A stretch of 32,895 bases of DNA from Stramenopiles sp. TOSAG23-2 (taxonomy: Eukaryota): assembly GCA_900128395.1 (NCBI GenBank), contig LT649361.1, positions 1 through 32,895 on the forward strand, given 5' to 3'. Shown here piece after piece: positions 10,946 to 22,709 of this stretch. How positions within the stretch are numbered: the first letter of the stretch is position 1; the number at the start of each line of letters is the position of its first letter. The translations under genes and the position numbers were made by a program. The notes under the pieces were generated by a model, which saw only the letters and a program-made list of their open reading frames with translations, was not told where the DNA came from and made no database searches.

Positions 10946-11213
10946 TGGGGCCTCTCCATCATCCCCACCTCGTTTCTTCCTATCCATCCATATATTATCG
11001 ACAAATATATGGTAATTATTGGCATAAATATAATAAATATTATGGATATAAATATTAATAAAGATGTATATATGTCGGTGTGTCGGTGTGTGTGTATAAT
11101 ACGTAAAGAAGCAAGAAAAACCACATCTAGAACTTTTTTTTTGAATCACATTTAATATCAAACGACAATTATATCATTGTATTATATTCATATACAACAA
11201 GTACATATCAACC

Positions 11214-12386
11214 ATGGCAACATTTACATATCAATCCAAAAATCGATATGATATATTACCAACAGAAGTATCGCAGCGTATTATGGAATTGGAGAAAACA
11301 TCAGATAATTACCATGATGAAATATTTGCTAAAAATTTCAAGTGTCAAAATGTAAAAGTAAAAGATGATGGAAAAATATTAGAATTTGAACTAATTGGAA
11401 TAGATGCAGCTATTGCAAATGCTTTTCGTCGTATATTGATATCAGAAGTTGCAACAATGGCAATTAAAACCGTATATTTCCATGATAATACATCAATCAT
11501 ACAAGACGAAGTCTTGGCACATCGCTTAGGTTTAATACCAATAAAAATTGATCCAAATTTATTTCAAATTTACAATGATTCGATTGATAAAACAGATTTA
11601 AATACACTTGTATATCGTTTAGATGTTACATGTAAAAAGAAAAAAAAAACAAATAAATATAATAAAAATGGTAAAAGTAATAAAAAAAATGCAACAGCAA
11701 AAAATGAAATTGATCTTTCATCAGATGATGTTCCTATGGCAAACGGTAGCAGTAGCAACAGCAATAACAATAGCAATACTACTACTAATAATAATGATAA
11801 TAGCAATGATGGTTTAGATATGGATTATGATACACTTGAACATGGTATTGTATATTCAAGTGATTTAAAATGGATTAAACAAGGTTCTCAAGAGGAGCGA
11901 TTGAATGGTGTTGAACCAAGGCCAGTATATGAAGATATTGTTATTGCAAAATTACGACCAGGCCAACACATATCATTTGAATGCCATGCTGTACGTGGTT
12001 TAGGAAAAGAACATGCCAAGTTTTCACCTGTATGTACAGCACATTATAGGATGATGCCAGAAGTACAATTAGTAAAAGATGTGTTTGATGATAAAGCAAG
12101 GAAATTAATGAAATTAATGCCAGGTGTTTTTGAACTGGAAAATGTTTCTTCCGGGAAAGTCAAAGCAGTTGTAAAACATCCACAAAATTGTAGAATGTCA
12201 AGGAATTATACACGAGATGATGAATTGAAAGAAAGTGTAGTAGTTACAAGAAGACCTGATCATTTCATTTTTTCAATTGAATCAGTTGGACAATTGCCAC
12301 CTGAAGTATTATTTAAACGTGCGGTACAAGTATTAGTTAAAAAATGCGATAGTGTGATTAATAGTGTAAGAGGTGGTGGTAATTAA
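11214..12386 (+). CDS. POLR1C: DNA-directed RNA polymerase I/III subunit RPAC1 (AC40)
   Basis: GIDAAIANAFRRILISEV, NTSIIQDEVLAHRLGLIP, IAKLRPGQ, GKEHAKFSPV, DHFIFSIES. Contains a Lys/Asn-rich insertion. Confidence 0.97.
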   Translation: MATFTYQSKNRYDILPTEVSQRIMELEKTSDNYHDEIFAKNFKCQNVKVKDDGKILEFELIGIDAAIANAFRRILISEVATMAIKTVYFHDNTSIIQDEVLAHRLGLIPIKIDPNLFQIYNDSIDKTDLNTLVYRLDVTCKKKKKTNKYNKNGKSNKKNATAKNEIDLSSDDVPMANGSSSNSNNNSNTTTNNNDNSNDGLDMDYDTLEHGIVYSSDLKWIKQGSQEERLNGVEPRPVYEDIVIAKLRPGQHISFECHAVRGLGKEHAKFSPVCTAHYRMMPEVQLVKDVFDDKARKLMKLMPGVFELENVSSGKVKAVVKHPQNCRMSRNYTRDDELKESVVVTRRPDHFIFSIESVGQLPPEVLFKRAVQVLVKKCDSVINSVRGGGN

Positions 12387-12761
12387 ATAATGATTTAAAT
12401 ATATATGATATATATGCGAATGATATATATGTTCCATTGGTGAGATGAGTATGATAGAGAGTGCAAAAAAATACAAAAAGAGTGAAAATGCACAACAAAA
12501 AATATTACGAGAGTATGATATCATAATTTTTGTGTGACACATTTAAGTAATTTTTAATTATTGCATACTTGGTTTATATTTCATATATAAAAAAATTTGT
12601 TTGTACATTTTCACTTCTCTCTCTCTTCATCACACACAAAATACGACTCGTACAAAATATAAAAGATACTCCCAAGGTAAAAATATATACGAACGTTCGT
12701 TTACAAGATTCTGCCCCTCGTGTATCGTGTATCATTCTGTAATGCACATATATATCATGCA

Positions 12762-13814
12762 TCACAATTTTGCACCTAAATGCAACTGACCAAAACGTTG
12801 CAATCGTTCAATTTGTAAATGTGTAGTATCATTAAAAAATTCAAGTCTGGTTTTCCATGGTGTCACGGAATGTGAACTACTACTACTTGGCCTTTCTCCA
12901 GGATATGAATATGTTGGCGATGGTAATAAAAACGAAGTTACTGATGTATTATAAATTGCATCTAATGCAATTGATTCCGCTTTTTCTCCTTTCTTATCAT
13001 TATTATTAGTATTCCAATTTACACCATTTGTTGTTAAGCGATTGGATATATTACCTATTGTCCCACCATGAGTGAACCATACAATTGTAATATCATCACC
13101 AGTTTGCCCACTTGCATTGTTTTGTAACGTTTGTATCCATTGAAACAATGTCATCATTCGCTTATGTTCCGCTTTATTTCCCTCCCATCCAAAATTATAC
13201 CATTTCGCATCATATGGTATTGGTAAACAATAGGATGAAATATCATTTGTTAATATTTTCTTTTCATCTGCATTTAAATCTTTTGGTTTTCGACTCCATG
13301 GAAAACGTTCCAACATTTCTTTACCAGTTTGTCCCATAGGTTGCCATTCAATGCTTTTTAATATCGCAATACCTTCTTTCCGTTTACCTTCTTTAATCAA
13401 TTTATTAACAGTATCTAGTTTGTCCAAATCTTTTTTATCTGCTAAACCTCCTTCTTCCATAATACTTGGTAATATCATTGCTTTATAGGATGGCACATAT
13501 TTTGTGATATATTTCATAATTGGATCAGCAGTTAAACAACAACGTTGAAATGGACTAACATACGTAATAAGTCGATTTTTCTTTGCTGCACCGACAAGCA
13601 ATGGTCCCCATACTTGGCCTAATTTTTCAGCTTGTTCAAATCCATGTGGTGATAAATTAGCATCCTGTCCCCCATTCGCTTCTTCTGGTCCATTTCTCAT
13701 AGTTTCATTAAAATCAGACATTGCTATTTCACCACGTCCAATTTTTTCCATAATAGATTCCATATATGCATTTTGCAACGATTGTGCATGTCGTATCATA
13801 ATTAATCGTACCAT
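12762..13814 (-). CDS. Histidine phosphatase superfamily (phosphoglycerate mutase-like) protein
   Basis: N-terminal LIMIRHAQS, LSPHGFEQA, VSPFQRCCLTA, FTHGG, NTSVT, FNDTTHL. Confidence 0.88.
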   Translation of the reverse strand: MVRLIMIRHAQSLQNAYMESIMEKIGRGEIAMSDFNETMRNGPEEANGGQDANLSPHGFEQAEKLGQVWGPLLVGAAKKNRLITYVSPFQRCCLTADPIMKYITKYVPSYKAMILPSIMEEGGLADKKDLDKLDTVNKLIKEGKRKEGIAILKSIEWQPMGQTGKEMLERFPWSRKPKDLNADEKKILTNDISSYCLPIPYDAKWYNFGWEGNKAEHKRMMTLFQWIQTLQNNASGQTGDDITIVWFTHGGTIGNISNRLTTNGVNWNTNNNDKKGEKAESIALDAIYNTSVTSFLLPSPTYSYPGERPSSSSSHSVTPWKTRLEFFNDTTHLQIERLQRFGQLHLGAKL

Positions 13815-14427
13815 CTTCTTTCACTTGTTTTCGTTTTCTGAATATGAATCTTTGTTCCTCTCTCTCTCTCCTTTGATCTATCTTTTTTTTTTATATATAT
13901 CGCTCGCTTTTGACACACTATATATATATATCAACATATGTGTCTTTCAATCCAAACAATATTTTTTTAATAGAGGGTTGGACGCGTCGTTTTTTTTTTT
14001 TTTGGTAATTTTTTTTGGTTATTAATTATTATGATGCGCGAAAAAAAGAGGTGGATATTGATAGGCATCCAGGCTCGGTAGTATACACACAAAATAATCT
14101 TTTTTGTGTATAAGATTTTAATTTAAAGGTGATGAACCAACACTGAAAGCAACTTCTTTGAAGTTGTTAATTTGTGCACTTGTATATATCAAAAAAATAA
14201 AATACCTGATGGTGTATGTAGACGAGAGATGTGTATAGAAAGAAAGAAGATGATGATATAAATACTTATAGATATAACTTATGGACATTCAATTTTAGAA
14301 TATTTTTTAAACATAATAAGATCAAAACGTATTAGGTTGAACTCTGTAAATAAATAAATAAATAAATTAATAAATACGAGATAATAATATAGTAATAATA
14401 AATAAAAAATTGGATTTTTAATAATAA

Positions 14428-15153
14428 ATGACAGATTTAGTAAATCATAATAATAACAATACAACTACAGATGTAAGCTCATTATCAACACCCGATACCG
14501 CTGTTACTGATAAAGTATACTTTCGCCCTGCATTATTTTATCAAATTGTACAACCATATCATATTGTAGATAGTGGATTGGAATTTAAAATGAACTTTGA
14601 TACAAAAGAAAACAAGGCCAGATTTCCAAATACGATAAATTTTGAAAATAATCCAGAACGTTTGGAGCAATTAAAAAAGCAAGCTTGTGCTATTGTAAAT
14701 CAAAATCAACAACGTGACGATCGGCGAATTTTAATACGGCGTATGAAAAATGCTGCTACTTGGAATGATATTAAAACCATTCAAATCATGATATCAACAT
14801 GTTATGTAACGCCAGAAGTTGCCATACCAACTTTAATTGAAGCTATTTCACATGGCCACATTGATATTGTTAAGTTTTTAATTGATGAAACAGGTTGCCC
14901 AATAACTAAATTTTGTTCTCAATCAACTATTAAAACTCCATTGCATCATGCTGCAGAGAGTGGACATGAAAATATATTAAAATTGTTATTATCAAAAATT
15001 GAAACAAAAGAAGAATGTTTACTACCAACAGCAGATTCAATAAATCAAACTATTATTGATATCTTACGTAACAATGATATGGGTATAATGGCTAGAAGAA
15101 TTTTACAAATTGTTAATGAAAAACAAAATGTATCTGCTCCAACAACAGCGTGA
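14428..15153 (+). CDS. Ankyrin-repeat protein
   Basis: LIEAISHGHIDIVKFLI and TPLHHAAESGHENILKLLL are ankyrin repeats. Confidence 0.85.
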   Translation: MTDLVNHNNNNTTTDVSSLSTPDTAVTDKVYFRPALFYQIVQPYHIVDSGLEFKMNFDTKENKARFPNTINFENNPERLEQLKKQACAIVNQNQQRDDRRILIRRMKNAATWNDIKTIQIMISTCYVTPEVAIPTLIEAISHGHIDIVKFLIDETGCPITKFCSQSTIKTPLHHAAESGHENILKLLLSKIETKEECLLPTADSINQTIIDILRNNDMGIMARRILQIVNEKQNVSAPTTA

Positions 15154-15566
15154 TTGATGAGAGATGAAAAAAAGAAAAATGATCAAAAAATTAAAAATAA
15201 GTTTTTAAAAATATTTTATGAATGCATTACTCGTGTAATAGATGATGACATGTGTGGATGGTCTAAAATAAAATATTTTTGCGCGTAAATATATATAAAT
15301 AATTTTTCGGTTTACACAAGTATACCCACACGTGTGTATTATATTTCGTGGTGTAATTTTAATTTTATGCACCTCTCTACACACGCCATATACTAGCCAC
15401 TATTAAGATACATTCAGAACATATATGATATATATATTTACTTTATAAGTTTATAAATATATGTTTACACGAAAAAAAATTCATTCTTTTAAATATATAT
15501 ATATATATATATATACATCATAATCATGTATATATATATATATTTAATATGCATGTAATACATCAA

Positions 15567-17606
15567 TTAACGTGTTGCTTTAACTGCAGCAATAATTTTG
15601 TCTACGATCGTTGAATCTGCTAATGTACTAATATCACCAAGACCATCTTCTTCACCACAAGCTACTTTTCTTAAAATACGTCTCATGATTTTACCACTAC
15701 GTGTTTTTGGTAAACCTGGTACAATTACAACTTGATCTGGTGTTGCAAATGGACCAATGCCACCACGTACAGCCATGCGCAAGCCTTTAATTAGCTCAGC
15801 ACTTTCTTCAACACCTTGGTTAAGAATAACGTAACAAAAGATACCTTGTCCTTTAATTGCATGTGGAACACCAACAACGGCGGCTTCTGCTGCACTTTCG
15901 TGTGCAACGATTGCACTTTCAATTTCAGCGGTACCAATACGATGTCCAGAAATATTCATAACATCATCAACACGTCCAGTAATCCAGAAGAAACCATCCT
16001 CATCAATAATACAACCATCACCGGTGAAGTAATATCCTGGATATGGTTTCATGTATACATTTAAGTAACGTTCATGGTTGCCAAAGACGGTACGTGCCAT
16101 TCCAGGCCATGGGCGTCTGATGCAAAGTACCCCTTCGGATTTGGAACCTTTGTTCCATGGGATTTCTACACCACTTTCTGCATTTACTAATAATGGATCA
16201 ACACCGAAAAATGGCAAAGTTGCACTACCTGGTTTGGTTGGTGTGCATCCTGGCAATGGTGTTAACATATTACCACCAGTCTCCGTTTGCCACCATGTAT
16301 CTACGATTTGGCATTTGCCTTTACCAACTACGTTGTAATACCATACCCATGCTTCCGGGTTAATTGGTTCGCCAACGGTACCTAATACTCTTAATGTCGA
16401 TAAATCATGTTTATTGACTGGATCGTCACCATATTTCATAAGTGCACGAATAGCAGTTGGTGCAGTGTAAAATTGTGTAATTTTATGTCTTTCAACCATA
16501 TCCCAATAACGTGATGGATTTGGGTACAATGGTGTACTTTCAAACATCAATGTTGTACCACCATTGCATAATGGTGCATATACAATGTATGTATGGCCCG
16601 TAATCCATCCACAATCAGCAACACATGCATATACATCGCCTTCACGATAATCAAATACATATTTTTGCGTCATTTGTGCATATAATAAATATCCAGCAGT
16701 AGAATGTGCAATACCTTTTGGTTTACCAGTGGAGCCAGATGTGTATAAATAAAACAAGGTATCTTCAGCATCCATCTCCTCGCATGGTACGTATGGGCGT
16801 GCATTTGGCATAGCATCTTCCACACCACGATTCATCCATAAATCGCGACCTTCAACAAAGTTAACATCTGCTCCAGTGCGTGTGAAAAGGAAACATTTTT
16901 CAACTTTACTTGGACCACCAGCACTTTCTGGGATATTTCCGATAGCCGTATCTGTGGTTTTTTTCAATGGAATTGCTCTTCCACCACGCATACCTTCATC
17001 GGCAGTAACAACGAATCTACTATTGCCATCAACAATACGATCTCTTAATGCATCTGCACTGAAACCAGCAAATACAACACTATGCGGAGCACCGATACGT
17101 GTCAATGCTAACATAACCATAGCACATTCTGGGATCATAGGCATATACAAAGTAACACAGTCACCTTTTCTTACGCCATTTTTTTTAAATACTTCAGCAA
17201 TTTGGCATACACTTCTTAATAATTCTTTGTAAGTAATTTTGCGCACATTGCCTGGTTCATCACCTTCCCAAATAATAGCAACTTGATCTCCGCGTGTTTT
17301 TACATGGCGATCAATACAATTGTATGAAACGTTCAATTTCCCACCGGTAAACCAAGCAACGTCACCGTTTTCAAATCCACCTTGTCTTACTTCAGTGAAA
17401 TCACGGAACCATGATAAATTATCACGTGCCATTTCACCCCAAAACGCACTATTTTCATTGATTGAGCGATCATACATTTTTTGGTATGCTTCCATACCAC
17501 GTACGTGTGCACCGGACGCCACACGTTCATTTACTGGGTACGTTGCCGTATTTGCATTTTCTTGTTGTTCCCCGTTTGACATTTTTGCTTTTTTTGAGCT
17601 GGACAT
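15567..17606 (-). CDS. ACS: Acetyl-CoA synthetase (AMP-forming)
   Basis: [51 protein letters not shown]. Confidence 0.98.
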   Translation of the reverse strand: MSSSKKAKMSNGEQQENANTATYPVNERVASGAHVRGMEAYQKMYDRSINENSAFWGEMARDNLSWFRDFTEVRQGGFENGDVAWFTGGKLNVSYNCIDRHVKTRGDQVAIIWEGDEPGNVRKITYKELLRSVCQIAEVFKKNGVRKGDCVTLYMPMIPECAMVMLALTRIGAPHSVVFAGFSADALRDRIVDGNSRFVVTADEGMRGGRAIPLKKTTDTAIGNIPESAGGPSKVEKCFLFTRTGADVNFVEGRDLWMNRGVEDAMPNARPYVPCEEMDAEDTLFYLYTSGSTGKPKGIAHSTAGYLLYAQMTQKYVFDYREGDVYACVADCGWITGHTYIVYAPLCNGGTTLMFESTPLYPNPSRYWDMVERHKITQFYTAPTAIRALMKYGDDPVNKHDLSTLRVLGTVGEPINPEAWVWYYNVVGKGKCQIVDTWWQTETGGNMLTPLPGCTPTKPGSATLPFFGVDPLLVNAESGVEIPWNKGSKSEGVLCIRRPWPGMARTVFGNHERYLNVYMKPYPGYYFTGDGCIIDEDGFFWITGRVDDVMNISGHRIGTAEIESAIVAHESAAEAAVVGVPHAIKGQGIFCYVILNQGVEESAELIKGLRMAVRGGIGPFATPDQVVIVPGLPKTRSGKIMRRILRKVACGEEDGLGDISTLADSTIVDKIIAAVKATR

Positions 17607-18804
17607 ACAAAATGTATATAATAATTTATATTAATTGATAATAATATCACTATAATATGTTTTTTTAATTTGTATATATATGTTAAATGACTATATATAT
17701 ATCTGTATAACAATAATTATTTGTTTTCTTTTAAAAGTCATATGAATGGTATATATATAATTCTAATAATATCTTAATCTATTTCATAATATCTTTTCGC
17801 ACGCACGATATACTTCTTAGGGGGTATGTTTTTATGTCATTTTATGATAATAATTTGACTCATATGTAGATTATATTTAGCTACTATTTGTAATGTAATA
17901 AGAAATGTAAAATGACAATAAATATGTGGGGAGTGGAGAGGTAGATCGAGGCCTTCTTTGCGAATTGAACTTCTTCAAGCCAGGCTATTGTGCATGCTAT
18001 GTAATGCTATTTTTATATCTTTATCGAAATGTGGGGCTAGAAGTTGGATTGGCTATTTCTGGCTATGTATAGGGATAGTATAGGGATATATCGTACTTAG
18101 TAATGATAGGGAAAAGAAAGAAACTGTGAAAATATTTAAAGAATGCCGTGGCATCCTTATCCTGTGTGGGCGTGTGGCGATCCAAAAAGCTGTAGAGGTG
18201 AATTATCGTGCAGTATGCTTAGAAGTCTATTTTAGAATACCAGCCTTTTCCTATACATATCTATATCATCACACTATATACTATATACTATATCATATAT
18301 TATATCACACAACGAGATCTTTATTTTACTATTTTACTATTGGCGTGGTATGCTGTGGTATGCATGTGGTAAAAAATACACTAATTTTTGAACCAAGATG
18401 CCCCAACTGTTTACTGTATGATTTAAAGAGATACTGTAAGAGAGAGAAGTTAGTTGGCACGATTTGTAAATAATTCCAAGTAACATGCACATACCATTGT
18501 TGTTGGATCAAAATTTCATGGATCCACCATCCACACATAAGCTATATGTTGTTGAAACAATGATATGATAGTGTTAATTTTATTGTTTTAGAAGGCATAT
18601 AATAGCATGTTATTTTTATAGCATGATGCAGCATTATTATTAATTAATATTCTATTTATTACATCATATATACATATGAAAGCATGTATATATATACACA
18701 CACACACATATACATACAATACATAACTATTCTAACTACTTTGTAAAGAATCAATCGATAAATTATTAATATTAAACCATAACAATAATATTCGAATTTG
18801 AAAT

Positions 18805-19314
18805 ATGTCGGACGTAAAAGATGTTGAGTTAACTGAGGTTAACGAGGTAAAGCGTGGCGAAACCTTGTTGGAAGCAACTGAGGCAAAACGTGAAATGGAG
18901 GCAGTATTAAATAGACTTATGGGAGATTCCAACAGTTTAAAAAAATTAGAAGATGAATTCTCTATGGAGTGTAGAGAAGCTCGTACTGCTTTACGTGCGT
19001 TAAAAAAAGCACAAAGACCAGAAACCAGGCGTTTGATTGAAAAAGAGAAGAGAAGAAGTGCATGTGAAAAACAAACTTCTAGCACTCCTTTCGACTGGGC
19101 GATGTTTGCAGTGATGGGCTTGATTTTACATGGAATTACTGGTGGCCTTTTTTCACTCGGTTTGCTTACTTTCCTCGGTAGTCAAGACGATGACGCAACA
19201 TTATGGGTATGGTTTGTATTAGAAGGTTTCTTTGCAACACTTTTAATCTATGGAATTGTCCAAGCAAATAAAGCACGTAAAGCAAGAGAAGCAGAAGAAT
19301 TGGAAGCGGTGTAG
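18805..19314 (+). CDS. Hypothetical protein with N-terminal coiled coil and two TM helices
   Basis: 169-aa ATG ORF with coding-like composition. Charged helical N-terminus; hydrophobic segments WAMFAVMGLILHG... and LWVWFVLEGFFATLLIYGIV. Confidence 0.75.
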   Translation: MSDVKDVELTEVNEVKRGETLLEATEAKREMEAVLNRLMGDSNSLKKLEDEFSMECREARTALRALKKAQRPETRRLIEKEKRRSACEKQTSSTPFDWAMFAVMGLILHGITGGLFSLGLLTFLGSQDDDATLWVWFVLEGFFATLLIYGIVQANKARKAREAEELEAV

Positions 19315-19872
19315 GATATGTGGCGTTATAAGATCCAACAAAAGGAAATATATATATTATATAATAATGCTGATCATATAAAAAAAAAAAGAAATTGTGT
19401 CATGTATTTTAATATAAAACCAAAGAAGAGAGAGGGGGATAAAAAAAGATTTTCGTATTCTCCGTTAATTATATTAAAAGTTACGAGTATATTTTTTTAA
19501 CCATTTCACTATTTTAGCTATCATATTTTTAAACACGCATATATATTTAAATATGAGATATTTCCCCCCTCTTTTTTTTAAAACACAGCCATACATCGCA
19601 CACATTTTAAATATGATAAGATTAGCAAGACTAACTTTTTTTCATCTTCTTCATTTTAAATGTTACACCATATGATACATGTTTTTAGAAAGACTGCTAA
19701 TACATTGTACCTTTACCAGTACATATATTTAATAAAAATATAGACCGTTTCTTTCTTTCATTTTCTTCTTATACATACACATACACAGATGTATAATACA
19801 CACACACACACACACATAATAGCCATACATGCATCTGATAAAACGCATCATCATAATCTGACATGAGATGAT

Positions 19873-21285
19873 TTAATATCTTAACCAGTATGTACGACGA
19901 CGTAACCAATTGTAATCTGGCATTTCATGCACAGGACCGATAGATGCAGCTGCAACATCTTGATCATTTATAAAAGTATCAGCTGCTACTTTAACAGAGT
20001 TTGCATCAACTGCTTCGATTCTGGAAAAAATTTCAGCTGGTGTCATGCGACGTCCATATGTTAACATTTGACGACCAATATCTTCGCATACATTAGAGGA
20101 GCCATCTAATTGCATCATCATATTTGCTTTTAATTGTGTACGTGCACGTTCCACTTCTTCTTCAGAGGTTTCATGAACTAAACGTACCATTGCTTCCAAG
20201 GTATACCACATCAAATCTTGGACTTTATGTGGTTCAGCAACTGAGTAGACACCAAATAAGCCAGTGTCTTTGTAACATGTATTAAACGACATAACGCTAT
20301 GTGCCAATTGCAATTCCGCAACGGTTTGGCACAACTTCGATGCCATGTTACGTCCACTACCACCAGTCCTATCCCAGCAACCCAATAAATTATGCATAAC
20401 CATTAATGGAAATGCATGTTCACTCTGCCAGCCAGCACTTTCAACGGACAATGCGATGTGTGCCAATGGCATATCGTCCATACGGATGCGTACATCGGAT
20501 CCAGTGAAATATGCAGGATCTTCTGGCAATGCCAATCCAGTTGCAGGTGCTGTTGGCAAGCCACCAAAGCAGTTTTCTGCTAATTGTGCCAATTGGGAAT
20601 GTTCCACAGCACCTGCACCAGCAACTACCATACGTGGTGCCGTATAATGTGTTTTGATATAATTTTCCAAATCACTTTTTTGCAAATTACGAATATTTTC
20701 CTCTGGTCCTAATATGGTACGCCCCAAACCAGTGCCTTGAAATGCCGTTTCATGCAACCTATCAAAGATGACTTCTTCCGTTTGCTTTTCAACTTCTTGC
20801 ATTTCACGTAAAATAACATCACGTTCCCTGGTAATAGCACCTTCATCCAATAAACTATTTTGTAAAATATCTGATAAAATATCCATAGCTTGTGGTATAT
20901 CTTGTTTAAATACGTTTGCATAATAAACAGTTTGTTCCCTGGATGTGTAAGCATTTAAATGCCCACCTATGTTTTCAATCTCCACTTCTAATTGCTTTTG
21001 GGTCCGCTTCGATGTTCCTTTGAACGCCATATGTTCAAGGAAATGTGCAGCACCATTATTATTTGCATTTTCATAACGTGAACCAGCATCAATCCATACA
21101 CCAACAGTAGCAGTTTCACCATGTCCACCTTCTGATGCTACACGTAAACCATTGTCCAACGTGCTTACTTCCGTTGCAGGGGCATTTCTAACGGATTCTG
21201 GAAACGAATTCAATGCACTTGAAAAAGACCTAGCAAATTGCTTGCTGGTATTTGCATTAATGAAATTTTGTCTGAAACTTTGCAT
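19873..21285 (-). CDS. PMPCB: Mitochondrial processing peptidase beta subunit (M16)
   Basis: GVWIDAGSRYE, Zn motif AHFLEHMAFKG, LNAYTSREQT, C-terminal DYNWLRRRTYWLRY; Arg/Ser presequence. Confidence 0.97.
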   Translation of the reverse strand: MQSFRQNFINANTSKQFARSFSSALNSFPESVRNAPATEVSTLDNGLRVASEGGHGETATVGVWIDAGSRYENANNNGAAHFLEHMAFKGTSKRTQKQLEVEIENIGGHLNAYTSREQTVYYANVFKQDIPQAMDILSDILQNSLLDEGAITRERDVILREMQEVEKQTEEVIFDRLHETAFQGTGLGRTILGPEENIRNLQKSDLENYIKTHYTAPRMVVAGAGAVEHSQLAQLAENCFGGLPTAPATGLALPEDPAYFTGSDVRIRMDDMPLAHIALSVESAGWQSEHAFPLMVMHNLLGCWDRTGGSGRNMASKLCQTVAELQLAHSVMSFNTCYKDTGLFGVYSVAEPHKVQDLMWYTLEAMVRLVHETSEEEVERARTQLKANMMMQLDGSSNVCEDIGRQMLTYGRRMTPAEIFSRIEAVDANSVKVAADTFINDQDVAAASIGPVHEMPDYNWLRRRTYWLRY

Positions 21286-21617
21286 ATTGTGATTTTACTA
21301 TATATATGAGATATATATACTACTACTATATCTTGATATTCGTTAAATTGTTTTTTATATATAATAAAATGTGTTAAAAAAATTTTTATATATAATATTA
21401 ACAACAACTTGTATGATAATAATATATTTATATATATATATATATATTACAATTACTACAAATAATAATAATACTAAAAAAAATAAAATAAAGTGTTGAT
21501 GCGCTTTTTACTTTTGTTCAATATATTGTCCGGTATACATATATCCACGTGATGAATCGCATCGTTCATACAAAACTATATAAAGGTATATATGGAGGAT
21601 TTATTCATTATTTTTCC

Positions 21618-21648
<31 letters not shown>

Positions 21649-21859
21649 TAAAAAAAGGTCATAGGAGTATTTCTGTATTCTAATTTATCACTTAAGTATA
21701 AATTTGATCAGTATTTTTGACGGAGTGATTTTTCTATATCTAGTGGTGGTAACAACAATGCCAACCAGTCACTTTTTTGTGTGTTTTGTTGTTTAGTTGG
21801 TTTGTTCCCCCCTTAAATGGTTTTAAGGGAAATGTACGATAAAAATGTATAAATATACG

Positions 21860-22260
21860 CTATCAAAAAGGACACATAATTTATACTTAAGTGAAATTAG
21901 ACTATCAACAGAAAAATCACATCGCATTATCTCCTAATTTCACTAATCTAAATCTCCTAATACATTATCTCAATATCTCAGATTTCATCCTATCAAAAAT
22001 GACACATGATTTATACTTAAGTGAAATTAGACTATCAACAGAAAAATACTCATCATCTCATTCTCTCATTCTCTCATTCACCCTATCAAATGACACATAA
22101 TTTATACTTAAGTGAAATTACATTATCAATCACTCTTCATCGATTTATCCTATCAAATGACATATAATTTATACTTAATTGAAATTACATTATCAATCAC
22201 TCTTCATCGATTTATACTATCAAATGACATATAATTTATACTTGAATGGGAAATTAGAAT
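21860..22260 (+). repeat. Array of five ~40-bp conserved motifs with variable spacing
   Basis: CTATCAAA(AA)TGACAYATAATTTATACTTAAGTGAAATTA, with GACA starting at 21871, 22001, 22092, 22159, 22226 (periods 130, 91, 67, 67). A partial inverted copy lies at about 21680-21704. Confidence 0.85.
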
Positions 22261-22709
22261 ACCAACATAACATCCAAACATAGAAATTAAAACCTTAAAC
22301 CGACAAAAAAAATCAAAAAAAAAGAGGAAAAAATTTTATCGCTCGTCGTAGATTTAAAAAATTGATTTAATTAACATGCGATTACAATGGTGAGTCGTCA
22401 TAATAAACATTTTGTATTTCTATTATATATATATACATAGAATAATAATATTGATAGATTCTTTGCGTGCGTGTGTGTGTGTGTGTGTATGTGTCCGCGT
22501 GTATACTGTACCTATATCATTATCAACGAAGTGGAAGTTTGTTCGATACGTCCATATATTGTTAAATTTAGTATTGATTACTTTTGTTTGAATATACGTA
22601 TTGTTATTTATTTATAGAAAATATTTAAAATTATTATAACGAAATAATAATTATATAACAAGACGAGAAAGAGATTCATTTATATTTGTATTAAAAAAAA
22701 AGTAAAAAC

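Noticed and set aside
10733-11161. Overlapping ORFs of 84-140 aa
   Set aside because: Ile/Tyr-rich translations of AT-rich intergenic or MITE DNA with no recognisable motifs.
14129-14209. Box C/D snoRNA (GTGATGA ... CTGA)
   Set aside because: No convincing terminal stem, and the sequence before the D box is poly-A-like rather than a plausible guide.
18126-18538. ORFs in the long spacer upstream of ACS
   Set aside because: Non-coding composition and no motifs; probably decayed repeat DNA.
21618-21644. Retrotransposon poly-A tail (A27)
   Set aside because: No target-site duplication or upstream retroelement sequence is recognisable, and homopolymers are common in this window.
21860-22260. 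CRISPR array
   Set aside because: Spacers vary widely in length and are partly duplicated rather than unique, repeats are degenerate, there are no cas genes, and the context is eukaryotic.
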